From UHGV virus genome UHGV-0278671: a stretch of 27,730 bases of DNA. One strand, 5' to 3'. The position numbers and the translations under genes are program-made. This stretch comes from a virus. The notes beneath the pieces are model-generated. The model worked only from the letters and a program-made list of their open reading frames with translations, had not been told where the DNA came from and did not search any database. This document shows, piece after piece, positions 9,866-18,992 of this stretch (position 1 is the first letter of the stretch; each line of letters begins with the position of its first letter).

Positions 9866-10837
9866 TCAACCTACACCACAAGGAATTGAGTAACTGGAAT
9901 AGTCGGGTTGCGCAGCCGACTCCGGGCAATGCATACACATCATCAGCGCATCAGCCAGGTTAGGAGATGGAATACCGAGCTTCTGCTTCATTTCGACCTT
10001 AGTCATAAGCTCCAGCTTCCCGTTGTTATTGAATTTGCGCTGAATCTGCGTCAGTTCTGCAAACAGCTTCTCCAGCATCTTCTCGCCTATCGCTTCTTTG
10101 TCGAAGCTCAGCATGTCGTCTGGGTCTGCATACTCACCGTGGACAACCGCCCGATATGTCAGATACAGCCTGTCAGCCAGCGCGTAATAGAATTGCGCTC
10201 GCTTATTGCGGAACACATCGCCAATAGTGCGAACGTTGTCGCCCTGTACGACTTCATCGGCCCATGCTCCGGCCTGATATGGTGCATCTTCATCGAATGG
10301 CGATTCGCTACCCTTGAACATCGTGGCGGTGATTTTCTTGCCGGAGAACGCTTCCGTTGTCTGTCTGCGCAGCCCTGCACCGACACCATCGCCATCCCAC
10401 AGGTAATGGTCAGCGCCGTCTTCAATCGCCAGCGAAGTTGCCCAGTCAGCACCCTCGTTGATGTCCATCAGCAGACCTTCGGCAATGCGCTTAACTACCG
10501 AACCGTGACGCGATGCATAACCTTTAGCATCTGGCCCTGTATCTGACGGGTCATGTGCAGAGACAACAGCGCCTTTCGCTTTCCATCCGAGTTTCTTGTG
10601 CGCATCGGTTGCGGATTCAAGCCATTCACGTTTGATGATTGCCATATCACTTGCGCTTACTGGATCACCAAGCCAGATGTGACGATACAGTGTCGGATTT
10701 CTACGTTTACACTCTTCCATCTCCAGACGGAGAACTTCAGGAAAGTGCGGGTTCCCGGATCTACGCTCTCCATGAACTTCGCTATTACGCTGCTCATGCG
10801 CTTTTCCAGACGACCTGAATAAACCCATGCGCCCCAC
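9866..10837 (-). pseudogene. Terminase large subunit, C-terminal nuclease-domain fragment; ATPase domain absent
   Basis: Reading from about NPHFPEV... HIWLGDPV... AHDPSDTGPDAKGYA... SPNLADALMMCM looks like a terminase C-terminal domain; no Walker A region; directly upstream of portal. Confidence 0.6.
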
Positions 10838-10902
10838 AGTTCAAGCCAGCCATTCAGCCACTCATGCTGTTCTTTGGTGAGGTTTAGTTCTCTTATGCCC
10901 AC
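10657..10902 (-). pseudogene. Q: N-terminal fragment of a Q-type late antiterminator (WGAW family)
   Basis: First ~47 residues ([47 protein letters not shown]) resemble the Q82/QuuD-family N-terminus (WGAW motif); the remainder looks like read-through and overlaps the terminase fragment. Confidence 0.45.
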
Positions 10903-11564
10903 GCGCCTTCTCCCTGTACCTGAATCAATGTGAGGTTTCCGCAGAACACTGCGCCGGTATCGATATACATCTGGTTGGCAAACTTGAGTGGTTTCACTGC
11001 TGGCGTATGACCAAAGATGAACGTGTCCGCTCCTTTGATTTCTTTCACGATCCCGTCTTGTGAGTTGCTGATTCGTTCGCGGTTCCAGATTACCTGCTGA
11101 TGGTCAACTGGCTTTCCAAATTCGTATTCGTCACAAGGATAATCGGCGTGGCAGATGACATATTTTTTACCTTCGCTCACCAGTTCGATGATTAACGGAA
11201 GTTCATCTGCTTTATGGGAAAGAGCTTTAGCCAGAATTTCTTTGTCGTAATCGAGATTAAAGAACCAGCCACCGCCATTAAACAGCCAGTGATTGACGTT
11301 TCCACGCTCTGATAAGCCATCAATCATCATTTGCTCATGGTTTCCACGTACAGCTCGGAACCAGGGGAATGTGATTAATTCCAGACATTCGACGTTCTCT
11401 GTACCGCGATCGACCAAATCGCCAACCGAGATAAGCAGGTCTTTGTTGGTGTCGAATCCTATCGTCTCCAGTTTTTTCATCAGGTTCGTGTAGCATCCGT
11501 GCAGATCGCCAACTACCCAAATAGTTCGGTATTTGCTGCCATCAATTCTTTCGTAATAGCGCAT
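10893..11564 (-). CDS. ninI: Ser/Thr protein phosphatase (lambda PP / NinI)
   Basis: Near-identical to lambda phosphatase as remembered ([29 protein letters not shown]...GDLVDRG...GNHE...), ending GEGAWA; start is the internal ATG. Confidence 0.9.
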   Translation of the reverse strand: MRYYERIDGSKYRTIWVVGDLHGCYTNLMKKLETIGFDTNKDLLISVGDLVDRGTENVECLELITFPWFRAVRGNHEQMMIDGLSERGNVNHWLFNGGGWFFNLDYDKEILAKALSHKADELPLIIELVSEGKKYVICHADYPCDEYEFGKPVDHQQVIWNRERISNSQDGIVKEIKGADTFIFGHTPAVKPLKFANQMYIDTGAVFCGNLTLIQVQGEGAWA

Positions 11565-11748
11565 CTCTTTCACTCCATCCGCGATGAACCATGAGAACGT
11601 CGTTGACGATGGCGTGCATTTTCCCGTCTTTATCATCAACGTATTTTCTGACCGTACCGCGACTACATTTCAGTCTGCGTGCTACTTCTGTCTGGTTTCC
11701 GTATGCTTCAACGAGCATGTCTGGAATGGTTTTTACTGAGAACGTCAT
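11542..11748 (-). CDS. ninH: NinH
   Basis: 68 aa [37 protein letters not shown]... matches lambda NinH as remembered. Confidence 0.85.
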   Translation of the reverse strand: MTFSVKTIPDMLVEAYGNQTEVARRLKCSRGTVRKYVDDKDGKMHAIVNDVLMVHRGWSERDALLRKN

Positions 11749-12356
11749 GCGGCCTCACTTCTGCTATTTCGCAGGTCTTTGAGTTTCTGTTGGTACTCTG
11801 CCTTGATCGCCTTGCACTCTTCGATAGTCCAGCGATGGCGGTTATGGTTTGATTCGATTTCGTCTACTGCTTCCTGCCCGATACGGCTAATCAGTTCGAC
11901 GCGATACGGAACGAGATTTCCGCTTTTGTGCTGGTTGCACACCACGCATTGCTTGTGAATATTGCGTTCATCAAATCGGAGTTGAGGTGCCGCAGCAGTT
12001 GTCCGGTAATGTCCGGCATCCCACTGAGCAGACGTGAGCGTTCCGCACGAGATACATGGTAAGTCGCGGTCTCTTTCTCTGATGAAGGCGTTTACGGCTT
12101 GTTGGGCTTGTTTAATCCAGTAACTGCGGGGCTTTAAGGCGAGTTTTCGAATCTTCAGTTTATCTTTCTGTTTCTGCTCCTCTCGTCGTAGTTTCTTCTC
12201 TGCTGCTTTTTCCGCTTTTTCGCGTTCTTTACTTCGTCGTTCGAGTGCTATCTTTGTTCCACACTCTGGAGAGCACCACCACTGATTAGCGAATGCAGGG
12301 TGAAACCATTCCCGACATTCACCGTTTTTACATCGTCTTCGTGCTGGTTTAGCCAT
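11745..12356 (-). CDS. ninG: NinG (Rap) recombination protein
   Basis: 203 aa [33 protein letters not shown]... matches lambda NinG as remembered. Confidence 0.9.
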   Translation of the reverse strand: MAKPARRRCKNGECREWFHPAFANQWWCSPECGTKIALERRSKEREKAEKAAEKKLRREEQKQKDKLKIRKLALKPRSYWIKQAQQAVNAFIRERDRDLPCISCGTLTSAQWDAGHYRTTAAAPQLRFDERNIHKQCVVCNQHKSGNLVPYRVELISRIGQEAVDEIESNHNRHRWTIEECKAIKAEYQQKLKDLRNSRSEAA

Positions 12357-12531
12357 CGTCTTCTTCCTCGTACATTGAGCTATTCGGATCGCTCATCAGT
12401 TCTGCGCAGCAGTGCTCACACACGTGAACTTCCAGCACATGCAGCTTCTGACCGCAGTTAGCGCACGTTAAAGCTCGCTCGACGCTTTCTTTCTGGTATT
12501 GAAGGGATTGGGATGGGCTAAGCATTAACAA
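12349..12531 (-). CDS. ninF: NinF
   Basis: [44 protein letters not shown] matches lambda NinF as remembered. Confidence 0.85.
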   Translation of the reverse strand: MLMLSPSQSLQYQKESVERALTCANCGQKLHVLEVHVCEHCCAELMSDPNSSMYEEEDDG

Positions 12532-13465
12532 CCTCCATACAAACTTTCACGAATGCCGTTGCTACTTCTGCATTGATTGCGTTTCCATATCCAATAATTC
12601 GCTGATCTTGATTGCGCTTTGCCATTCTTCCCAGTGTGGACTTGCCTCGTCCCAAGCTTTTGGCAATGCCATTAACCATCGGGAATGAGCCGGGTCTAAC
12701 TGGACGATATTTTTCATCTCTACAGTAAAGCCAGTCTGCATCTCTCCAGAAGCCGTTAACCGGTAATGGGTACATAGCTTCACCGTCCCGGGAAGTTTCA
12801 AGCAGATTCTTGGGGTTCCGCTCTTGTCTTTTCCGCTGTAGCAATGCGTTGAACCTGTTGCATCGTTCGCTAAAGGAGTTTGCCATCCCGCTAGTCTCAC
12901 GCATCCAGATAGGTTCTGAATTCCCCTGCGTGTCTCTGGCTGAAAGTTGATATTTGTCGTTGGAGTAGGCCACCCAATACAATCGCTGCCTGATGTGCGG
13001 AGAACCGAAGCCCGCAGCGCAAATATCGGTACCTGCAGAGGTGTAGTTCGCACCTTCCAAGTCAGTTTGTACAAGGTCGAGCCAAGCGAGGCCGTCTGCG
13101 CTTGCAACCTGTTCGCCAATAACGATGCCAGGATTGCATTTTTCAATAAGCCAGAAGAATGCCGGCCATAAGTGCCGCTCGTCATCAACCCCTTTTCCTT
13201 TGCCTGCCGAGCTGAAAGGTTGGCATGGGCAACTTCCTGTCCAGATACTCTTGTTGTCTGGCCATCCTGCTTTTCTAAGTGCATAGCTCCAAACTCCGAT
13301 TCCTGCAAAAAAGTGGTGCTGGGTAAATCCTCGCAAATCACCTGGTGTGACATCTTCAATACTCCTTTCATCTACATACCGTCTGTCGCTGTTGTATGCA
13401 CTGCTCAGCGGCTTTTTCCACCCACGGTCTGATATTGCTGTACGGTGGGTTATTCCAGATTGCAC
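12518..13465 (-). CDS. DNA (cytosine-5)-methyltransferase-like gene, atypical; true start uncertain
   Basis: Motif I FFAGIG, motif IV GSCPCQPFSSAGK, ENV-like IVIGEQV, motif VIII PHIRQRLYWVAY, motif X-like GYGNAINAEVATAF. Only ~25 residues separate motifs I and IV; the first ~33 codons overlap the Dam fragment; a second long ORF (12562..13371) overlaps in another frame. Confidence 0.55.
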   Translation of the reverse strand: MQSGITHRTAISDRGWKKPLSSAYNSDRRYVDERSIEDVTPGDLRGFTQHHFFAGIGVWSYALRKAGWPDNKSIWTGSCPCQPFSSAGKGKGVDDERHLWPAFFWLIEKCNPGIVIGEQVASADGLAWLDLVQTDLEGANYTSAGTDICAAGFGSPHIRQRLYWVAYSNDKYQLSARDTQGNSEPIWMRETSGMANSFSERCNRFNALLQRKRQERNPKNLLETSRDGEAMYPLPVNGFWRDADWLYCRDEKYRPVRPGSFPMVNGIAKSLGRGKSTLGRMAKRNQDQRIIGYGNAINAEVATAFVKVCMEVVNA

Positions 13466-13652
13466 CGTGGCTTATCCACTCAGAATTTAGCGCGTCGTCG
13501 GCCTCAGTTAACCAGTGAGCGCACAGAGCATTTTTGTCGCTCGCTGCCGAATCCAGCCAGAATCCAAACTCAATATCCAGTGCATCAAAAAGCCAAAGCG
13601 GCGTTTGCCAGCAGTCCTTGTCGTGTGCTGGCGTATTTGATTTGATAGTCAT
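13368..13652 (-). pseudogene. Phage Dam-type N6-adenine methyltransferase, N-terminal fragment
   Basis: DKDCWQTPLWLFDALDIEFGFWLDSAAS...WNNPPYS matches the phage Dam family pattern; the ORF stops ~25 codons after NPPY; ATG overlaps the ninB stop (ATGA). Confidence 0.55.
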
Positions 13653-14089
13653 GCAGCCCGATCTCCCCATCTCGCTTTCCACTCCAGAGCCAGTCTCGCT
13701 TCGTCTGACCACTTAACGCCACGCTCTGTACCGAATGCCTGTATAAGCTCTAATAGCTCCGCAAATTCGCTTACACGCATCCTGCTGGTTGACTGGCCTA
13801 TTACCACAAAGCCATTCCCGGCAAGGTTAGGAACAACGTCCTGCTGCTTTAATGCTGCGGTAAACACACACTTCCAGCTTTCTGCATCCAGCCAACGCCC
13901 ATGCCATTCAACCTGACGAGAGACGTCACCAAGGCAAGCCCAAAGCTTTCGATTCTGGTCTAAGCTGCGGTTGCGCTCCTGAATGATCACTACGATTGGC
14001 TTGGTTGGGTCTGGAAGGATTTGCTGTACCGCGTGAATAGCGTTTTGCTGATGTGCCGGAGATCGAATTTCAAAGGTTAGTTTTTTCAT
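13649..14089 (-). CDS. ninB: NinB recombination protein
   Basis: 146 aa from the internal ATG (MKKLTFEIRSPAHQQNAIHAVQQILPDPTKPIVV...), near-identical to lambda NinB as remembered. Confidence 0.9.
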   Translation of the reverse strand: MKKLTFEIRSPAHQQNAIHAVQQILPDPTKPIVVIIQERNRSLDQNRKLWACLGDVSRQVEWHGRWLDAESWKCVFTAALKQQDVVPNLAGNGFVVIGQSTSRMRVSEFAELLELIQAFGTERGVKWSDEARLALEWKARWGDRAA

Positions 14090-14166
14090 GACTTCCCTCT
14101 CCCCCAAATAAAAAGGCCTGCGATTACCAGCAGGCCTGTTACAAGCTCAGTGATGTAGATGGTCAT

Positions 14167-16047
14167 TTAATACTCCGTCACGTTTTCCTGTCGCCACGCC
14201 TCGTCATATTCCGATTTCGGCATATTGGCGATGTAGCTATAAGGCGATCCTGATTCAAGTTGCAGGAACTGGTGCGATTGCTCGTCAAGGAACAACGGGA
14301 CACCACCTTCCCAACCTTCGCCGTTACGTTGTTTTTCAAGCATCAAAACAGATGCCGGAGATGCCAGTAGCTGTTCGTCCTTCTCTGACATCTTTTCACC
14401 ACTCTGAACTCTCTGTAACGCTCTCTCGCGAGCCTTGTTACGCCAGATGATAAAAAGGTTGTCTGTCAGGTCTGTTATCGCTCCAGAGCCTTTTACGTCC
14501 ATTTTCCCGGTTGGTTTTTCTTCGCTATCTCCTTTTCTGGAGTGAGTAACGAGAATGACGTGGGAGTTTGTTTTGTTTTTGAAGTCACAAATCGAGTCAA
14601 CAAATGCTTTCTGCCCGTTATAGTCATCGTCACCTATGCCGCATTTCATCAGGCTGTCGATGATGAATAACTGGATGCCGTATCGGCGGCGAGCGTAGTC
14701 GAATATTTCGATCAGCCTGTCGGCTTTCGCCGTTCCAGTCAGGCCAAACACCCAAAGTCTTTCGTCATAAAATTTAAATGCAGAGTCAATTTCCAGCACT
14801 GGCGGCATCTTGCAGCACGTCGCCTGACGGGTAAGGCGCTTAAGGAGAATACCAGGCTTCAGCTCAAGTGACGCGATGCACGTCTTCACACCCTGACGCA
14901 TTGCCTCAAGTGCCATATGCCCGACAACCTCCGTTTTTCCGTGACCGTTCACACCATTGACCAGCGTCAACTCGGCCTCACGAAACTGGAATTTATCTGC
15001 CAGAGATTCCCACGGTGGATTAAACAGATACTGCTGCTTGCCGTAGAAAGCGTTGATAGTGTCCTGGTAAAACTCTCGCGCGCTGTAGAGTTCTTCAGGA
15101 TCAAAGTAGGATGCCGTGCCGATGTACTGCCAGATTTCATCCTCGGTAACACCGTTCATCAGGCATTCGTTGATGTCTTTGTACGGCAGAGTAACAAGAC
15201 GGCAACGATGTTCACCGAGTCGGCTTGCGATTTCCCTTGCGGCTTCACGACCAACATCATCAACGTCCATCGAGATGAATATTTCCTCAAACCTGTCGAG
15301 GTTGTGGTACTCAAACTCAATCCACTGTTGCTTAGCGCCTTTCCCTCCACCAAACGGCACGGATAACGCCGAGATGCCGTATTGCGCATAGCTCATACAA
15401 TCAATTTCGCCTTCGCAAAGTACAACCGCCCTCACGCCAGCGTCCAGAGCCTGCCATCCGAACAGACAAGGTTCGCAATCACCTTCTGCCATAATGACTT
15501 TCTTCCCGTCCGGGCGCTCAGTGCTGATTCGCTTGACCTGCAACAACTCACCATCGCGTTTGTACGGAAGCACCAGTGCATCAAGTTCTCGTTCTCCATT
15601 CCACACCTTGCCGCTGACAACCTCGTAGCGCTTTACGACTTCTGGCGATATGCCACGCGATTGCAGGTACTCAAGATGGGATTCTGTTCTGGTAACGTAG
15701 CGGGCGATTTTCTTGCGATCAGGTCTGGAGAATTTTTTCTCACGTTTGGCATCGAAATGGTGATCGTCATCCTTGATACCGAGAAATGCTTTCGCTTCCT
15801 GCATAGCCTGATGCAGGTTAATTCCACGACATGCCATCCACAAATCAAGCATGTCACCGCCGTCTCCCTCAGCGAAATCAGCCCATTTTTTCTTGCCGCT
15901 AAGGTTGACCTTAAGGCTGTTTCCCTTGTCACCATTGACGTTACCGGCAACCCACTCATGCCCCTCTTTCTTGCCGTTTGGCAACAGGTGCGGAGCCACC
16001 CTGTCAACCTGCGCCCAAAGCAGGTCGCTAAGTTCACTTGGCGTCAT
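14167..16047 (-). CDS. Bifunctional DNA primase/helicase
   Basis: 626 aa; Toprim-like acidic motifs (VVLCEGEIDCMS, ISMDVDDVG) followed by Walker A GVNGHGKT and Walker B-like LFIIDSLMK; directly downstream of the initiator gene. Confidence 0.8.
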   Translation of the reverse strand: MTPSELSDLLWAQVDRVAPHLLPNGKKEGHEWVAGNVNGDKGNSLKVNLSGKKKWADFAEGDGGDMLDLWMACRGINLHQAMQEAKAFLGIKDDDHHFDAKREKKFSRPDRKKIARYVTRTESHLEYLQSRGISPEVVKRYEVVSGKVWNGERELDALVLPYKRDGELLQVKRISTERPDGKKVIMAEGDCEPCLFGWQALDAGVRAVVLCEGEIDCMSYAQYGISALSVPFGGGKGAKQQWIEFEYHNLDRFEEIFISMDVDDVGREAAREIASRLGEHRCRLVTLPYKDINECLMNGVTEDEIWQYIGTASYFDPEELYSAREFYQDTINAFYGKQQYLFNPPWESLADKFQFREAELTLVNGVNGHGKTEVVGHMALEAMRQGVKTCIASLELKPGILLKRLTRQATCCKMPPVLEIDSAFKFYDERLWVFGLTGTAKADRLIEIFDYARRRYGIQLFIIDSLMKCGIGDDDYNGQKAFVDSICDFKNKTNSHVILVTHSRKGDSEEKPTGKMDVKGSGAITDLTDNLFIIWRNKARERALQRVQSGEKMSEKDEQLLASPASVLMLEKQRNGEGWEGGVPLFLDEQSHQFLQLESGSPYSYIANMPKSEYDEAWRQENVTEY

Positions 16048-16154
16048 GATTCCCTCAGATTGAGATTTTTAAACCAGAAATCGACAAACGAAATACTTAA
16101 CCAGCCGTGGTTATAACCAGCAACCAGTAGCGATTTGATTTTTGATTTCATGGT

Positions 16155-17015
16155 TCACCTGTCGAAAAACACGTAGCCAGTTTTCGATACGGTGATTGCG
16201 GATGATGGTTTGGATTGTGGTTGAATAGTTTCTGGCTTCTCGTCGTTCCAGCGTTGACCGTTCAGGTAGCTCGATGGTAACAACCTGTCGAATCCGAACT
16301 GCTTACCATTCCTGCATGCGATGTCTTCTGCCAGCATCGTGGCAAACTCGCTTGCCGTACCCCTGGTAGTTTTACGCCATTCCCTGAACTGTGTTCTGAA
16401 TGCCGAAGCTGCGTTTTTCTTCCCGGCTTTCCGCATGCCTGCACACCAGAATATTTCCTCGAATGCCTTGTCGGTTTCTTCGTGACGGTCATGTGATTTT
16501 TCACACTCCGTCCGAACACTTTCGGACATAGTGTTTTTATTATTTCTTTTTTCTTTTGTAATAGTTTCTTTTGTGTGTCCCTGTTTTGGTGACAGCGCTG
16601 TCACCGTTTTGGTGACACTTTTTGTCACCAATGCAGTGACATTATCACCAGAGTAGTGACACCCTTCGATTTGCCATTCTTCGATGTTCTTGTTAGGCCC
16701 GATTTGCTGGCCTTCGCGAAGGATAACCTTCATCGCGATAAGCTCATTCTTGGCCTTGTTTACCTTCTGTCTTGGCAGCCTGGTAATTTGAGCTAACTGA
16801 CTATCAGAAATGCGATCCATCTTTTTACCGTAGCCGTATGTTTTACGGCATATGGCGTGGGCAACCTTGCTCTGATTTTTCGTTAAATCTGCGCCGATAA
16901 GCTCTTCATACAGGGCATTTGCAAGACGGGTATAACCATCTTCAACTTCTGCCACACGACGCTCCACAGGCCGTTGTGAAGGCCTTAAATGTGTTACGGT
17001 TGCAAGATTACTCAT
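16155..17015 (-). CDS. Replication initiator (lambda O-like) with the origin inside the gene
   Basis: Position after cII; AAGGAG Shine-Dalgarno; the iteron array is translated in frame as a repetitive [18 protein letters not shown] linker. Confidence 0.75.
   Translation of the reverse strand: MSNLATVTHLRPSQRPVERRVAEVEDGYTRLANALYEELIGADLTKNQSKVAHAICRKTYGYGKKMDRISDSQLAQITRLPRQKVNKAKNELIAMKVILREGQQIGPNKNIEEWQIEGCHYSGDNVTALVTKSVTKTVTALSPKQGHTKETITKEKRNNKNTMSESVRTECEKSHDRHEETDKAFEEIFWCAGMRKAGKKNAASAFRTQFREWRKTTRGTASEFATMLAEDIACRNGKQFGFDRLLPSSYLNGQRWNDEKPETIQPQSKPSSAITVSKTGYVFFDR
16524..16664 (-). repeat. Replication origin: four iterons plus adjacent AT-rich tract
   Basis: Iterons with GGTGACA/TGTCACC inverted cores at 16584-16605, 16606-16630, 16631-16650 and 16651-16664; AT-rich tract 16524-16580. 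Confidence 0.7.
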
Positions 17016-17166
17016 GACCTTTCTCCTTCTGCATCAGCTTCACTTTTTCCAACTCAGCCCGGAATCGACCAGGCTGCTTGAAGCTGGACAGGAAGCGATC
17101 ACGTAGTATGTGTTTGTGAATTTTGTCCTGGTAAGGACTGAGTTGTTTTGTCATAATGACTCCTGT

Positions 17167-17241
17167 GGATTGATCCAGTAATGACCTCAGAATTCCATCT
17201 GGATTTGTTCAGAACGCTCGGTTGCCTCCGGGCGTTTTTTA
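17167..17241 (+). ncRNA. oop: oop antisense RNA overlapping the cII 3' end
   Basis: Plus strand gattgatccagtaatgacctcagaattccatctggatttgttcagaacgctcggttgcctccgggcgtttttt closely matches lambda oop as remembered; CATAAT -10 at 17152-17157; hairpin plus T6 terminator. Confidence 0.6.
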
Positions 17242-17480
17242 TTGGTGAGAATCGAAGCAACTTGTCGTGCCAATCGAGCCATATCGTCGTCGACGACGCC
17301 CCATTCAAGAACAGCAAGCAGCATTGAGAACTTTGGAATCCAATCCCTCTTCCACCTGCTGATCTGCGACTTATCAACTCCCACAGCTTCCGCTGTCTTC
17401 TCAGTTCCAAGCATTGCGATTTTGTTAAGCAACGCACTCTCGATTCTTAGAGCCTCGTTGCGTTTGTTTGCACGAACCAT
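17187..17480 (-). CDS. cII: CII transcriptional activator
   Basis: 97 aa [51 protein letters not shown]... essentially lambda CII; lambda-like leader taaggaaatacttacatATG; the ORF-track N-terminal extension is not used. Confidence 0.9.
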   Translation of the reverse strand: MVRANKRNEALRIESALLNKIAMLGTEKTAEAVGVDKSQISRWKRDWIPKFSMLLAVLEWGVVDDDMARLARQVASILTNKKRPEATERSEQIQMEF

Positions 17481-17538
17481 ATGTAAGTATTTCCTTAACA
17501 AATAAGAAGTTATGCGCATCAACTTATGCGCGTTGTAT

Positions 17539-17582
17539 TCCCGCATTTCGGCGGGAATGAGGACCATGACTGTTAAAGAGCG
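17539..17582 (-). promoter_or_regulatory. nutR: boxA CGCTCTTTAACA plus boxB hairpin
   Basis: On the minus strand between cro and cII: boxA cgctctttaaca (17571-17582) and boxB tcccgccgaaatgcggga (17539-17556), identical to the nutL copy. Confidence 0.6.
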
Positions 17583-17588
17583 GTGTTA

Positions 17589-17783
17589 CTATTTGTTTTT
17601 CTTGTTGCTTGGGAAAGGACGAACTTCCTCTCCAATCACACTGCCATCAGGCTTTACCGTAACCATGATGTTACGGCCTGCCAGAATGGCCTTGCTGATA
17701 GCGCACTGGATTACACCAAAGTCACTGGCTGCTTTAGCCTGTCCATGGATTTTGGCGTAATCGGCAAGTGTCATTCGAATCAT
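17589..17783 (-). CDS. cro: Cro repressor
   Basis: 64 aa [62 protein letters not shown] aligns with lambda Cro; GGAG 7 nt before ATG 17783. Confidence 0.85.
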   Translation of the reverse strand: MIRMTLADYAKIHGQAKAASDFGVIQCAISKAILAGRNIMVTVKPDGSVIGEEVRPFPSNKKNK

Positions 17784-17812
17784 ATGCACTCTCCGTTATT
17801 AACCATGAACAA

Positions 17813-17883
17813 AGAATACTACAGGTATTCAAAGCAATCAATACTCAGGGTATTTTTAGTTTAAGTACCTTAGCTATTAGAAT
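17813..17883. promoter_or_regulatory. OR operator region with divergent pR and pRM
   Basis: Operators AATACtacagGTATT (17815-17829), AATACtcaggGTATT (17840-17854), degenerate AGTACcttagCTATT (17864-17878). pR on minus: -35 TTGATT 17836-17841, -10 TATTCT 17813-17818. pRM on plus: -10 TAGAAT 17878-17883, ending ~7 nt before the cI ATG (near-leaderless). Confidence 0.6.
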
Positions 17884-17889
17884 TAAGCT

Positions 17890-18606
17890 ATGGAAAATAA
17901 AAAATCACTGACGACAGAACAGCTCGAAGACGCTAAGCGGCTTAAGGCTTTGTATGAGTCAAAAAAGAAAGAATTGGGGATAACCCAATACTCAATCGCT
18001 GATGAACTGGGTATCACCCAAGGAGCGGTAGGGCATTATCTTAATGGCAGAAACGCGCTAAACGTTGAGGTTGCATCTGGTTTTGCACGACTGTTGCAAG
18101 TCTCAATTGCTGATTTTAGCCAGTCAATTGCTGCCAAGGTTGCAGAACAGGCAGAAAGCCTTAAGAGCGATGCCAACGTAAGGTATGCAGGGGAATACAG
18201 AGCAGGAAAGAGGTATCCGGTGTTAAGCAGTATCCAGGCTGGCTCGTGGTGTGAAGCATGCGAACCATACACCATTAAAGACATAGATGTTTGGCTTGAG
18301 TCTGACGCGCATATTCAAGGTAATGCGTTCTGGCTTAAAGTGGAAGGTGATTCAATGACGGCACCGGTTGGGTTAAGCATTCCAGAGGGAACATTCGTTC
18401 TTTTCGATACCGGAAGGGAGGCGATCAACGGCAGCTTGGTCATAGCAAAACTTTCTGACTCTAACGAAGCAACATTCAAGAAGCTGATAATCGACGGCGG
18501 AAATAAATACCTTAAGGGACTTAATCCTGCATGGCCTCTCGTGCCAATCAATGGAAACTGCAAGATTATAGGCGTTGCAATTGAGACAAAACTAAGGCTG
18601 GTTTGA
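17890..18606 (+). CDS. cI: CI repressor (HTH plus LexA-like self-cleaving C-terminal domain)
   Basis: N-terminus LTTEQLEDAKRLKALYESKKKELGITQ and HTH; C-terminal FWLKVEGDSMTAP...FKKLI matches lambda CI FWLEVEGNSMTAP...FKKLI (catalytic Ser/Lys context). Confidence 0.9.
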   Translation: MENKKSLTTEQLEDAKRLKALYESKKKELGITQYSIADELGITQGAVGHYLNGRNALNVEVASGFARLLQVSIADFSQSIAAKVAEQAESLKSDANVRYAGEYRAGKRYPVLSSIQAGSWCEACEPYTIKDIDVWLESDAHIQGNAFWLKVEGDSMTAPVGLSIPEGTFVLFDTGREAINGSLVIAKLSDSNEATFKKLIIDGGNKYLKGLNPAWPLVPINGNCKIIGVAIETKLRLV

Positions 18607-18623
18607 TCACGCAAGGGGCGATT

Positions 18624-18992
18624 ATGGTTGGAACCGCTATAGCAAGCTTTTTTGGGATGTTGGCAATCTCGACAATTTACGGCTTAGCGCATGCTTTTAT
18701 TGCGAAATCTCTATCAGAAAAAATAAGCCAGGCTTGGGCGCATAGATCAGCTCGTTTCATGATTCTAGTGATCATAGCAATACAAGGGATATCTGCATTT
18801 ATCCTCTATGGTTCAAGCTTATACCTGTTGTATCAAGGCGCGACATTTACGCCTTACACCAGTGATTACGGAACTCTATACGATGGTAGTGAAGACATCT
18901 CTATGGCTTGGATTGTCTTTGGTTTATCTATGGCCGTGTCTGTTGTAGCAGATATCATTAAGGTAATTCTCGTCTTAACCTTCGCTGACTAA
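18624..18992 (+). CDS. Polytopic inner-membrane protein co-transcribed with cI (rexB/sieB position)
   Basis: AAGGGG 6 nt before ATG 18624, 18 nt after the cI stop; about four hydrophobic helices in 122 aa; no similarity to lambda RexB recognised. Confidence 0.55.
   Translation: MVGTAIASFFGMLAISTIYGLAHAFIAKSLSEKISQAWAHRSARFMILVIIAIQGISAFILYGSSLYLLYQGATFTPYTSDYGTLYDGSEDISMAWIVFGLSMAVSVVADIIKVILVLTFAD

Noticed and set aside
9908-10546. 212-aa plus-strand ORF antisense to the terminase fragment
   Set aside because: Antisense to a better-supported gene; no start context or motifs.
12958-12975. GWPTPT segment in the alternate frame of the methylase locus
   Set aside because: Uses the same nucleotides that encode the well-formed motif VIII (RQRLYWVAY) in the methyltransferase frame, so at this position it is probably chance. 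The downstream GWQTPLANDATGS segment is left as an open question in the findings.
15382-16116. 244-aa plus-strand ORF antisense to the primase-helicase gene
   Set aside because: Fully embedded opposite a gene with clear Toprim and Walker motifs; no ribosome-binding site or recognisable motifs; typical antisense open frame.
16584-16664. Possible CRISPR array
   Set aside because: Repeats are about 20-bp iterons with internal inverted symmetry and no regular spacers, inside a replication initiator gene; this is an origin, not CRISPR.
17099-17567. ORF-track frames 17099..17437 and the 126-aa extended cII (17187..17567)
   Set aside because: cII starts at the lambda-like ATG 17480; the upstream extension would run through nutR, and 17099..17437 is an alternate frame across cII/oop.
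17512-17864. Plus-strand ORFs 17512..17760 and 17583..17864 opposite cro/nutR
   Set aside because: Overlap cro and the operator/promoter region on the wrong strand; no coding signal.
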